A stretch of DNA of 64,000 nt from an uncultured Dehalococcoidia bacterium (lineage in GTDB: Bacteria; Chloroflexota; Dehalococcoidia; Lucifugimonadales; UBA3495). The notes below the pieces were generated by a model, which worked only from the letters and a program-made list of their open reading frames with translations, was not told the origin of the DNA and made no database searches. A program made the translations under genes and the position numbers. Positions 44,986 to 53,180 of the stretch are shown piece after piece. Every line of letters begins with the position of its first letter. Within the stretch, counting starts at the first letter, position 1. The stretch lies in assembly GCA_958296445.1 (NCBI GenBank), contig OY282565.1, forward strand, positions 721,936 to 785,935, read 5' to 3'.

Positions 44986-45013
44986 CGCTCCCTCTGGCTG
45001 GGTTGCCTTTGAT

Positions 45014-45499
45014 TTATTCCGGCTGTAGGTGGTCTGGCCCGTGGGCGGCGTCTAGGGGCAGCAACTCGCCGGTGAGTCGCCGCCATCGGTTGCGCTGGTC
45101 GCGGGTTGCGATTACGGGCAGGATGGGCGGTTGCTGGCGCAAGGTTTCCAGTTCCCGCAGCAGTGTTTTGGCGTTGCCGACGCTGGTTGCGATGTCGTCC
45201 AGTTCCATATCGTCTTCGTAAAAATTGATGTGCAACTTTTCGATGGCGTCATACGAAACCTTCACGTCAGGCCGGCCCCACTCTACTGACAGCAGATAGG
45301 CGGCGTCGTTTATTAGCCGGTGGCCCTGATGGTTCCAGCCCCGTTGCTCGGCGATGGACTTGATGGCTTCGGCTACTGCGCCCCAACCCTTTTCCGACGC
45401 TTGCACCCGGTCGCCAACTTGCAGGAATTCGTCGGCCTTTTGGATGTAGTGGCGGCTTAGGGCGGCGTACTTTTCCGGTTCGTGATTCGGCTGTTGCAT
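45014..45499 (-). CDS. PaREP1-like protein, copy 2
   Basis: 161 aa, same pattern. Tail RNRWRRLTGELLPLDAAHGPDHLQPE. Confidence 0.6.
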   Translation of the reverse strand: MQQPNHEPEKYAALSRHYIQKADEFLQVGDRVQASEKGWGAVAEAIKSIAEQRGWNHQGHRLINDAAYLLSVEWGRPDVKVSYDAIEKLHINFYEDDMELDDIATSVGNAKTLLRELETLRQQPPILPVIATRDQRNRWRRLTGELLPLDAAHGPDHLQPE

Positions 45500-45527
45500 C
45501 GCTCCCTCTGGCTGGGCTGCCTTTGAT

Positions 45528-46013
45528 TTATACCGGCTGGGGATGGTCTGGCCCGTGGGCGGCGTCTAAGGGCAACAGCTCGCCGGTGAGTCGCCGCCAG
45601 CGGTTGCGCTGGTCGCGGGTTGCGATTACGGGCGGGCGGGGCGGCTGTTGGCGCAGGGTTTCCAGTTCTTGCAACAGGGTTTTGGCGTTGCCGACGCTGG
45701 TTGCGATGTCGTCCAGTTCCATATTGTCTTCGTAAAAATTGATATGCAGGCTTTCTGCGGCGCGGTATAGAGTCCGCACGTCGGGGCGGCCCCATTCCTC
45801 GGCTAGGAGATAGGCGGCGTCGTTGAGCAGGCGGTGGCCCCAATGGTTCCAGCCCCGTTGCGCGGCGATGGACTTGATGGCCTCGGCTACTGCGCCCCAG
45901 CCCTTTTCCGACGCTTGCACCCGGTCGTCGGCTTGCAGGTATTCGTCGGCCTTTTGGATGTAGTGGCGGCTTAGGGCGGCGTACTTTTCCGGCTCGTGAT
46001 TCGGCTGTTGCAT
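45528..46013 (-). CDS. PaREP1-like protein, copy 3
   Basis: 161 aa, nearly identical to copy 4. Confidence 0.6.
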   Translation of the reverse strand: MQQPNHEPEKYAALSRHYIQKADEYLQADDRVQASEKGWGAVAEAIKSIAAQRGWNHWGHRLLNDAAYLLAEEWGRPDVRTLYRAAESLHINFYEDNMELDDIATSVGNAKTLLQELETLRQQPPRPPVIATRDQRNRWRRLTGELLPLDAAHGPDHPQPV

Positions 46014-46041
46014 CGCTCCCTCCGGCTGGGCTGCCTTTGGT

Positions 46042-46527
46042 TTATGATGGCTGGGGGTGGTCTGGTCCCGGGGCGGCGTCTATGGGCAGCAACTCGCCGG
46101 TGAGTCGCCGCCATCGGTTGCGCTGGTCGCGGGTTGCGATTACGGGCGGGCGGGGCGGTTGTTGGCGCAGAGTTTCCAGTTCTTGCAGCAGTGTTTTGGC
46201 GTCGCCGACGCTGGCCGCGATGTCGTCCAGTTCCATATTGTCTTCGTAGAAATTGATATGCAGGCTTTCTGCGGCGCGGTATAGAGTTCGTACGTCGGGG
46301 CGGCCCCATTCCTCGGCTAGGAGATAGGCGGCATCGTTGAGCAGGCGGTGGCCCCAATGGTTCCAGCCCCGTTGCGCGGCGATGGACTTGATGGCCTCGG
46401 CTACTGCGCCCCAGCCCTTTTCCGACGCTTGCACCCGGTCGCCAACTTGCAGGTATTCGTCGGCCTTTTGGATGTAGTGGCGGCTTAGGGCGGCGTACTT
46501 TTCCGGTTCGTGATTCGGCTGTTGCAT
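46042..46527 (-). CDS. PaREP1-like protein, copy 4
   Basis: 161 aa. Confidence 0.6.
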   Translation of the reverse strand: MQQPNHEPEKYAALSRHYIQKADEYLQVGDRVQASEKGWGAVAEAIKSIAAQRGWNHWGHRLLNDAAYLLAEEWGRPDVRTLYRAAESLHINFYEDNMELDDIAASVGDAKTLLQELETLRQQPPRPPVIATRDQRNRWRRLTGELLPIDAAPGPDHPQPS

Positions 46528-46555
46528 CGCTCCCTCTGGCTTGGTTGCCTTTGAT

Positions 46556-47041
46556 TTATGCCGGCTGGGGATGGTCCGGCCCCGGAGCTGCGTCTATGGG
46601 CAGCAGCTCGCCGGTGAGGCGCCGCCATCGGTTGCGCTGGTCGCGGGTTGCGATTACGGGCGGTTGGGGCGGTTGTTGGCGCAGGGTTTCCAGTTCCCGC
46701 AGCAGGTTTTTGGCGTTACCGACGATGGCGGCGATGTGGTCCAGTCCAATGTTGTCTTCGTAAAAGTTGATGTGCAGATCTTTGGCGGCGGTGAACAGAA
46801 TCAGCACGTCGGGGCGGCCCCATTCCTCGGATAGCAGATAGGCGGCGTCGTTTATTAGACGGTGGCTCTGGTGGTTCCAGCCTCGTTGCGCGGCGATGGA
46901 CTTGATGGCTTCGGCCACTGCGCCCCAGCCCTTTTCCGACGCCTGCACCCGGTCTCCGGCTTGCAGGTATTCGTCGGCCTTTTGGATGTAGTGGCGGCTT
47001 AAGGCGGCGTATTTTTCCGGCCCTTGATGCTGTGGTTCCAT
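46556..47041 (-). CDS. PaREP1-like protein, copy 5 (ORF extends to 47074)
   Basis: The start at MEPQHQG keeps the 514-bp phase. Confidence 0.6.
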   Translation of the reverse strand: MEPQHQGPEKYAALSRHYIQKADEYLQAGDRVQASEKGWGAVAEAIKSIAAQRGWNHQSHRLINDAAYLLSEEWGRPDVLILFTAAKDLHINFYEDNIGLDHIAAIVGNAKNLLRELETLRQQPPQPPVIATRDQRNRWRRLTGELLPIDAAPGPDHPQPA

Positions 47042-47153
47042 TGCTCTCTCCGGTTGACCAGCTTGTAAGCTCATTCGGTTATCCTATATTAGCATCGCGC
47101 CGGGCAATGTGGTGTAGAATGGCGGGCAGACACCGATGTATGAGGGGCTGTCC

Positions 47154-48164
47154 ATGAAGTTTGGCGTTTTTTACCAGATGCCCTGCGCGGCGGAGCAGTC
47201 TCCGGCGCAGCGTTATCAAGACACCATCGCCCAGGTGCAGTTGGCCGACGAGTTGGGGTTCGACGCGGCCTGGCTGGCGGAACTGCATTTCAACCCGCGC
47301 TTTTCGGTGATGCCCGCGCCGCTTATGGTTGGCTCCGCCATCGCCCAGACCACCCGCCGCATTCGCATCGGCACTGCGGTGCATCTGATGCCGCTGCACC
47401 AGCCCATCCGGCTGGCCGAGGAGGCGGCTGCGCTGGATGTGCTGTCGGGCGGGCGCTCCATCTTTGGCATTGGGCGGGGGGCCATTCCCGCGCACTTTCA
47501 GGGTTACGGCGTAGACCAGGAAGAGGCAAGGGAGCGTTTCTTGGAAGGGCTGGAAATGGTGCTGGGAATGTGGGCGCAGGACGGCTACCGCTATCAAGGC
47601 AAGTACCACCAGGCCGACGGAATCACCATCGCGCCGAAGCCGATCCAGAAGCCCCACCCGCCGGTCTACATCGCCGCCAACAGCGCCGACACCTTCAACC
47701 TCGTGGGGCAGTTGGGGCATAACATACTGGTGGCGCCGACTATCGTCACGTCTCAGGGCGCGTTGGCCGGGCTGGAAACCTACCGGGGCGAGCTGGCGGA
47801 TAACGGCCACGACCCGGCAGACCGGGACGTGAATGTGACCGTTCACGTCAATGTCGCTCAAGACGAAAGGAAAGCCCGCAACGGGTTCGAGGAGACCATC
47901 AACAACTACTTAGGCACCCTGCGGGGCGGCTCCGGCCGGGGCTCGGCGCGGGCCCAAACGCTGGATTACGAAACCGTGCTGAACGAGTACGCCGCCGTCG
48001 GCACGCCGGAGCAGGTGGCCGAAAAATTAGACAAGTTCAAGGGAATGTACGGCCCCGACGGGTTTATCTGCTGGTTCAACACCGGCGGGATGCTGCCCCA
48101 CGAGGACGTGAAAGCCTCAATGAGCCTTTTCGCGGAAAAGGTGATGCCCCGTTTTGCCGACTGA
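47154..48164 (+). CDS. LLM-class flavin-dependent oxidoreductase
   Basis: MKFGVFYQMP...LGFDAAWLAELHFNPRFSVMPAPLMVGSAIAQTTRRIRIGTAV. Confidence 0.8.
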   Translation: MKFGVFYQMPCAAEQSPAQRYQDTIAQVQLADELGFDAAWLAELHFNPRFSVMPAPLMVGSAIAQTTRRIRIGTAVHLMPLHQPIRLAEEAAALDVLSGGRSIFGIGRGAIPAHFQGYGVDQEEARERFLEGLEMVLGMWAQDGYRYQGKYHQADGITIAPKPIQKPHPPVYIAANSADTFNLVGQLGHNILVAPTIVTSQGALAGLETYRGELADNGHDPADRDVNVTVHVNVAQDERKARNGFEETINNYLGTLRGGSGRGSARAQTLDYETVLNEYAAVGTPEQVAEKLDKFKGMYGPDGFICWFNTGGMLPHEDVKASMSLFAEKVMPRFAD

Positions 48165-48204
48165 AACCGCCCCCGCCGGAAAATACCCTAATCATCCGGT
48201 AGAG

Positions 48205-48410
48205 GAGAAAATTGCGAAATTTTCCTTTGTCGCCCTGAGCAATCTACTTTGTCGCTCTGAGCGGCCCTTTGTCACCCTGAGCAATCCCTTTTGTCGCCCT
48301 GAGCGGCCCCTTTGTCGCCCTGAGCGGAGCGAAGGGTCTCACCGCCCAAGCCGGGATTCTTCGCTTTGCTCAGAATGACAGGATTTGCTCAGAATGACAG
48401 GATTTTCTCG
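48205..48410. repeat. composite intergenic repeat with 4 TTTGTC(G/A)CCCTGAGC sub-repeats
   Basis: gagaaaattgcgaaattttcctttgtcgccctgagc...gagcggagcgaagggtctcaccgcccaagccgggattcttcgctttgctcagaatgacagg. Confidence 0.85.
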
Positions 48411-48424
48411 GCAGAGGGTCAGGG

Positions 48425-49819
48425 GTGTCCCCCGGGCATACCACAAAACCCATCCCCCTCGGGATTAGGGTGGGGGTGAATTTGAGTTCCAGCGAATCAC
48501 TATTCCAGCGGCAGCATCGCCTGGACGCGGAACGGAACGCGCCCTTGGCGGAACGGATGCGGCCCAAGAGCTTCGACGAGTTCGTGGGCCAAGAGCAGGT
48601 GGTGGGGCGGGAGCGGGTTCTGTTCCGCGCCATTGCCGCCGGGCGCTTGCCATCGTTCATCCTTTGGGGGCCGCCGGGTTCGGGCAAGACCACGCTGGCC
48701 CGTCTGGTAGCCACCGCCACGCAAGCCGCTTTCGAGCCGGTAAGCGCCGTCACTTCCGGCGTGGCCGACCTGCGGCGCATCGTGGGCGAGGCCCGCGACC
48801 GGCGCGGGATGCACCGCCAGGCTACCATCCTGTTCGTTGACGAAATTCACCGCTTCAACAAGGCGCAGCAGGACGTCATCCTGCCCCACGTGGAAAACGG
48901 CACAGTGACCTTTATCGGCGCCACCACCGAAAACCCGTCCTTCGAGGTTATCGCGCCGTTGCTGTCGCGCAGCCGGGTTTTCGCGCTACAAAGCCTGGCC
49001 CCGGAGGAAGTGGAGGCCATCGTCAACCGCGCCGCCGCCGACCCGGAGCGCGGCCTGGGCGGGATGGGGGTAAGCGTCGCCGCCGACGCTATGGCCCACT
49101 TGGTCAACATCGCCAACGGCGATGCCCGCGTCGCCCTCAACGCGCTGGAAACCGCCGCTTTCGCCACCGGGCCGGGGCAAGACGGCGCCCGGCTGGTTGA
49201 TTTGGACACCATCGCCGACGCCCTGCAACGCCGCTCTCCGGTGTACGACAAGGCGGGCGACAGCCATTACGACACCATTTCCGCCTTTATCAAGTCGGTG
49301 CGCGGCTCGTCGCCCGACGGGGCGCTCTACTGGCTGGCCCGGATGATTGAGTCGGGCGAGGATCCGCTGTTTATCGCCCGCCGTCTGGTGATTCTGGCGG
49401 CGGAGGACATCGGGCTGGCCGACCCGCAGGCTCTGGCGGTGGCGGTGGCGGCGCAACAGGCGGCCCACTTCATCGGTATGCCCGAGGGGCGCATACCCTT
49501 GGCCGAGGCCACCGTCTACCTAGCCGCCGCGCCCAAGAGCAACTCGGCCTACGCCGCCCTGAACGAGGCGATGGCCGACGTGCGCCGCTTGCCCAACGAC
49601 CCGGTGCCGCTCCACCTGCGCAACGCCGTAACCGGGATGATGCAACAGATGGGCTACGGCCGGGACTACAAGTATTCCCACGACTACGAAGGCCACTTCG
49701 CCGAGCAGGAATACCTGCCCCCATCGCTACAAGGCCGCCGCTACTATCACCCGGGCACGGAGGGGGCGGAGCGGGCGATGGGCGAAAGGCTGCGCCGCTG
49801 GTGGGGCGGCGAAATTTAA
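48425..49819 (+). CDS. rarA: replication-associated recombination protein A (AAA+ ATPase)
   Basis: LAERMRPKSFDEFVGQEQ...LWGPPGSGKTTLA...LFVDEIHRFNKAQQD..LP.VE.G...IGATTENP. The start is uncertain. Confidence 0.9.
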   Translation: MSPGHTTKPIPLGIRVGVNLSSSESLFQRQHRLDAERNAPLAERMRPKSFDEFVGQEQVVGRERVLFRAIAAGRLPSFILWGPPGSGKTTLARLVATATQAAFEPVSAVTSGVADLRRIVGEARDRRGMHRQATILFVDEIHRFNKAQQDVILPHVENGTVTFIGATTENPSFEVIAPLLSRSRVFALQSLAPEEVEAIVNRAAADPERGLGGMGVSVAADAMAHLVNIANGDARVALNALETAAFATGPGQDGARLVDLDTIADALQRRSPVYDKAGDSHYDTISAFIKSVRGSSPDGALYWLARMIESGEDPLFIARRLVILAAEDIGLADPQALAVAVAAQQAAHFIGMPEGRIPLAEATVYLAAAPKSNSAYAALNEAMADVRRLPNDPVPLHLRNAVTGMMQQMGYGRDYKYSHDYEGHFAEQEYLPPSLQGRRYYHPGTEGAERAMGERLRRWWGGEI

Positions 49820-49868
49820 TAGCAAACTCAGAAAACTCAGACAAGGCTTATTAGGAAAAGTGCGAGTT

Positions 49869-50231
49869 ATGGCGAAATCAACAGAAATACCGATAATATG
49901 GAAAACAAAGCAGGCTGTAGCCAACCGGCTGCTGGGTGATGTCGGCCGGCCTCTGCTAGACCAATGGCTGGAGCATACCAAGCGAGTAGCTTCCGAATAC
50001 CAGTGGCCGCTGAAAAGAATCAGCGTCGAGTATTATCAGGATTATGAGATTTTAGATTGGGAATACATTGTGCTGGTGATGGATTTCGACTGTTCCAGTG
50101 CCAAAGCGGAAAAAATCTTTTGGGAAGACTACATAAAGGGAATTGTCGGAGCAAAACAAAAGGAGCTGACAGGGCTGGAGAAAGAGATTTTTGCGACAAT
50201 GATACATTATGATCTCGAGAGCAATCCGTAG
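49869..50231 (+). CDS. hypothetical protein (upstream partner of the HEPN-like gene; not a recognisable MNT)
   Basis: AT-richer than the flanks. Overlaps the next gene by 23 nt. No GSx(n)DxD nucleotidyltransferase motif seen. Confidence 0.45.
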   Translation: MAKSTEIPIIWKTKQAVANRLLGDVGRPLLDQWLEHTKRVASEYQWPLKRISVEYYQDYEILDWEYIVLVMDFDCSSAKAEKIFWEDYIKGIVGAKQKELTGLEKEIFATMIHYDLESNP

Positions 50232-50607
50232 CTTTGGCGCCGTTGCGCCGGAAGAGTATCTTGTTTTGGCTGCCGGATTAGCTTTGTCCGCAGACACAGC
50301 TTCACGCCGGTCTGCGGCAGACAGGGCCTATTACGCAGCGTTTTTAGCCGCCCGCGATGAACTAATTGGCAAACGCTACATAAGTGCAGTGGGAAATGCT
50401 AACGCTCACGCGCAAGTGGCTAACGTCTTGAAAGATATATCGGTAGACGCGAGTGAAAGATTATCTGCCTTGCGCCGCACCCGCAACCGCCTCACATATC
50501 AAACAGAACGCATAAACCTTCCGCGGCGGCAGTCTCTCGAAAGCCTGATTGAATCAGCCCGCGCCGTGATAGAAGCGGTGCGGGCGTTGCCTGCAAACTC
50601 TGTCTAG
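50209..50607 (+). CDS. HEPN-domain-like protein
   Basis: SAADRAYYAAFLAARDELI...NANAHAQVANVL...LSALRRTRNRLTY parallels the HEPN (PF05168-type) helices (a..rAYYA.f.aa+alL...sH.....f...L...R..R....Y). Confidence 0.55.
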   Translation: MISRAIRSFGAVAPEEYLVLAAGLALSADTASRRSAADRAYYAAFLAARDELIGKRYISAVGNANAHAQVANVLKDISVDASERLSALRRTRNRLTYQTERINLPRRQSLESLIESARAVIEAVRALPANSV

Positions 50608-50647
50608 GGTGTGCTGGCAACGCCCGTCCGTATAATCTGCGAGACGT

Positions 50648-50893
50648 TTACTTTGGAAGGGATGCCCACTGCATCTTGAGCAAAGCCTCATCCAATTCCG
50701 ATGACTCTTGAGAATATACCGCGTCCAGTTTTTCCCGAACATTGCCGGGGTCGGATGTTTCCGCTATTGACTTGGTTTTGATATAAGCCACTAACGCCTG
50801 GCGGAAAAGCTCGCTTTTTGATATTCCCAAGCGTTTCGCCAAGTTCCCGGCTTCCAAGAAAACATCATCCGGCACGGATGTCCCTATTCGCAT
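50648..50893 (-). CDS. ribbon-helix-helix (CopG/MazE-type) antitoxin-like protein, no cognate toxin adjacent
   Basis: MRIGTSVPDDVFLEAGNLAKRLGISKSELFRQALVAYIK is a typical RHH N-terminus. Confidence 0.6.
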   Translation of the reverse strand: MRIGTSVPDDVFLEAGNLAKRLGISKSELFRQALVAYIKTKSIAETSDPGNVREKLDAVYSQESSELDEALLKMQWASLPK

Positions 50894-50940
50894 ATTCCCG
50901 CCAAAGATTCGTAATCCAGCTTGATTGAATCATATCACGA

Positions 50941-51429
50941 CTAAGCCGTTCTTTCCTGCGCCGCCCCGCTCAGGTCAAACACTTCCCCGCCGCAAGCCAG
51001 TATCAGATTGGCCGGGGTGAGCATTATCTCTTGGCCCCAGACGCCTGCGCCTACGCCCAGCTCGTCCTCGCGCATCAGGCAGGCGTCCACTATGGAGCGG
51101 AAGCCGGGGGGCTGCCAGTGGAAGGGCGGGATGGAGCCGATTTCGTATCCGGTGACCGCCTTGACCGCGGCCGGGTCGGCCAGCCGGATGTTGCGGGAAC
51201 CCAGCGCCCGCTTCAGCCGTCCTGACACCGCGTTTTTGTCGCCGCCCAGCATCACCAGCGCCCGCTCCCCGGCGGCGGTCTCGAAAATCAGCGTCTTGAC
51301 CATCTGCGCCTCGGCGTATCCCAGTGCCTGGGCCACGCTGGCCGCCCCCTTCTCCGTTTCCGCCGGAAACTCCAGCCGCCGGTGGGGGATTCCCCGCTGT
51401 TCCAAGAACCTGTGCGCCGGTAAATCCAT
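50941..51429 (-). CDS. YbaK/EbsC-type aminoacyl-tRNA editing deacylase
   Basis: FLEQRGIPHRRLEFP...VKTLIFE...LVMLGGDKNVS.K.LK...; GYEIGSIPPF. Confidence 0.8.
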   Translation of the reverse strand: MDLPAHRFLEQRGIPHRRLEFPAETEKGAASVAQALGYAEAQMVKTLIFETAAGERALVMLGGDKNAVSGRLKRALGSRNIRLADPAAVKAVTGYEIGSIPPFHWQPPGFRSIVDACLMREDELGVGAGVWGQEIMLTPANLILACGGEVFDLSGAAQERTA

Positions 51430-51523
51430 CCGGGTCATCTCCTTGCGCTGCGATACGCGGCGAACCGCCGCCGGATTTCCGGTGACTCCCGTTCCGGCGG
51501 CCCGGCCCGGCTCTGATTCAGTA

Positions 51524-51679
51524 TCAGGATAGGATAGGGGAACCGTTAAACACATGGTCGCGTAGGGCGGCGTAAATCACATGGCCGACAGCGATAGCCA
51601 GGGCCAGAATGGCGATATGCCGGGCGCGAATCCGGCGGCGTCCAGGCCGGCCGCCCCCGTTGGGGCGCTCCCCGGCCAT
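51524..51679 (-). CDS. possible 51-aa membrane micro-protein, ATGA-coupled to the isochorismatase gene
   Basis: Hand translation: MAGERPNGGGRPGRRRIRARHIAILALAIAVGHVIYAALRDHVFNGSPILS. The ATG overlaps the upstream TGA. Below the ORF-track length cutoff. Confidence 0.3.
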   Translation of the reverse strand: MAGERPNGGGRPGRRRIRARHIAILALAIAVGHVIYAALRDHVFNGSPILS

Positions 51680-52266
51680 CAGCCCGCCAGTGCCGCGATA
51701 ACGTCCGCCGACTGCACCACTTCGGCCTGCCGCGGGAATATGCGCCCGGTCAAAAAGTCGTGAACCTCGACGTCGGAATCGGAGCAGCAGTCCTCAACCA
51801 CGAACAGGTTATAGTCCAAGTCTGAAGCGTAGCGCACGGTGGACAGCACTACGCCGCTGGTGGCGTAGCCCAAGATAATCAGGTTGTGAATATCGTTGGC
51901 CCGCAGCGCCACGTCCAGCCCGGTGCCGTACAGCGCGTTGACCCGGTGCTTGCCCACCACCACCTCGCCCTCGGCGGGGGCGACGGCGGGGTGAATCACC
52001 GCCAGCGGGTCGAACACCGCCGGCTGCCCCGACGCCTTGCGCTGCCCAAATGTCTTGTTGCGGGCGCCAATCTCCGGGTAGCCGGGCCGGAACACGGTAG
52101 CGCAGTAGCAGACCATAACCCCCGCATCCCGCGCCGCCCGTTGCAACGCCGCGGTTTTCGCCACCACATCCCGCTCTACGGCGTGGGGGATGGTGGTCAT
52201 CATCGCCTCATAAAAGTCGGCGATGAGCAGGGCGGTGCGGGATTTATCCATAACAATGTCAGGCAT
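51679..52266 (-). CDS. isochorismatase-family cysteine hydrolase
   Basis: TALLIADFYE...KHRVNALYGTGLDVALRANDIHNLIILGYATSGVVLSTVRYASDLDYNLFVVEDCC. Confidence 0.85.
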   Translation of the reverse strand: MPDIVMDKSRTALLIADFYEAMMTTIPHAVERDVVAKTAALQRAARDAGVMVCYCATVFRPGYPEIGARNKTFGQRKASGQPAVFDPLAVIHPAVAPAEGEVVVGKHRVNALYGTGLDVALRANDIHNLIILGYATSGVVLSTVRYASDLDYNLFVVEDCCSDSDVEVHDFLTGRIFPRQAEVVQSADVIAALAG

Positions 52267-52275
52267 TTCTTTCCT

Positions 52276-53079
52276 CTACAAACTATGGGCTGTAAGCGCA
52301 AGGCTCACTTCCGACAGTCGCGCGTTGGCCGTTTCAACAAAACCCCGTTGCCTTTCGATTCCGATAAAGCGCCGCCCAAGCCTGCGGCACACTACGGAAC
52401 AAGTGCCAACGCCCGCGAAAGGGTCCAGTACGAGGTCGTTTTCAACCGAGCTGGCCTTTACCAGCCGCTCTATGAGTTTTTCCGGCTTTTGGATGGTGTT
52501 CAGGGCTTCCCGGCTGACCAGTTCCTTTGACTTATAAGTTAATTGCTTTACATCGCCCCAAACGTCGCCGGGGTTCTTGCCTTCGTCATTAAACTTGGTT
52601 TTGCCGAATTTTCCGTTGGTTACGGACGGCACCCGCTCGCAGCGTAGCCGGTGCTCCAGTTCCACCAATTGGGCAACCCGTATTTCGTCCAGATTGAAAG
52701 TCTTGGGGCGTTTGCCTTTTATGAAGTAGCAGATAATATCGTAATTGTTGGTGTAGCTGATTCTACCCTGCCCCAAACGGCTGGGCTGATACCAGACGAT
52801 TTTTGAGCGCAGATTAAGAAACGGGCGATAATCTATGAAATCAACGCAGTCCGGTTTCCCGAACAGATACAAGGCCGCGCCATCTTTCATCTTGGCCGCG
52901 AATATCTTTATCAACTCCAAGTTAAATTCCTGAATAGAGTTCACCCTATCCCAATCGTTGCCCGTAACCCCATAAGGGCCGTCGCAGATTATCAAGTCAA
53001 TGGACTCGTCCGCAATGTGCGGCAGTAACTCAAAGGCATCGGCGTGGTATATCCGGTCAACTTCCAGCATATTCGCCAT
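52276..53079 (-). CDS. beta-class DNA methyltransferase (N6-adenine or N4-cytosine), solitary
   Basis: Motif IV variant IDLIICDGPYGV lies N-terminal and motif I VLDPFAGVGTCSVV lies C-terminal. Lower GC than the flanks. Start set at the internal Met MANMLEV. Confidence 0.85.
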   Translation of the reverse strand: MANMLEVDRIYHADAFELLPHIADESIDLIICDGPYGVTGNDWDRVNSIQEFNLELIKIFAAKMKDGAALYLFGKPDCVDFIDYRPFLNLRSKIVWYQPSRLGQGRISYTNNYDIICYFIKGKRPKTFNLDEIRVAQLVELEHRLRCERVPSVTNGKFGKTKFNDEGKNPGDVWGDVKQLTYKSKELVSREALNTIQKPEKLIERLVKASSVENDLVLDPFAGVGTCSVVCRRLGRRFIGIERQRGFVETANARLSEVSLALTAHSL

Positions 53080-53096
53080 TCCTGTATTCCCTTTGC

Positions 53097-53172
53097 CTGT
53101 CATTCTGAGCAAAGCGAAGAATCCCGGCTTGGGCGGTGAGACCCTTCGCTTTGCTCAGGGTGACAGACAGGG
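53097..53172. repeat. composite intergenic repeat copy
   Basis: cctgtcattctgagcaaagcgaagaatcccggcttgggcggtgagacccttcgctttgctcagggtgacag. Confidence 0.85.
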
Positions 53173-53180
53173 GAACGATG

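Larger units (their letters stand above)
44518..47074. repeat. five-copy tandem gene array with exact 514-bp start-to-start phase
   Basis: Starts lie at 44985, 45499, 46013, 46527 and 47041. Conserved 28-nt spacers contain GAGGGAG upstream of each ATG. Confidence 0.95.

Noticed and set aside
49869-50231. Calling the gene upstream of the HEPN-like ORF a minimal nucleotidyltransferase (MNT) antitoxin.
   Set aside because: No G(S/G)x9-13 D-x-D nucleotidyltransferase signature is visible, so it is kept as hypothetical.
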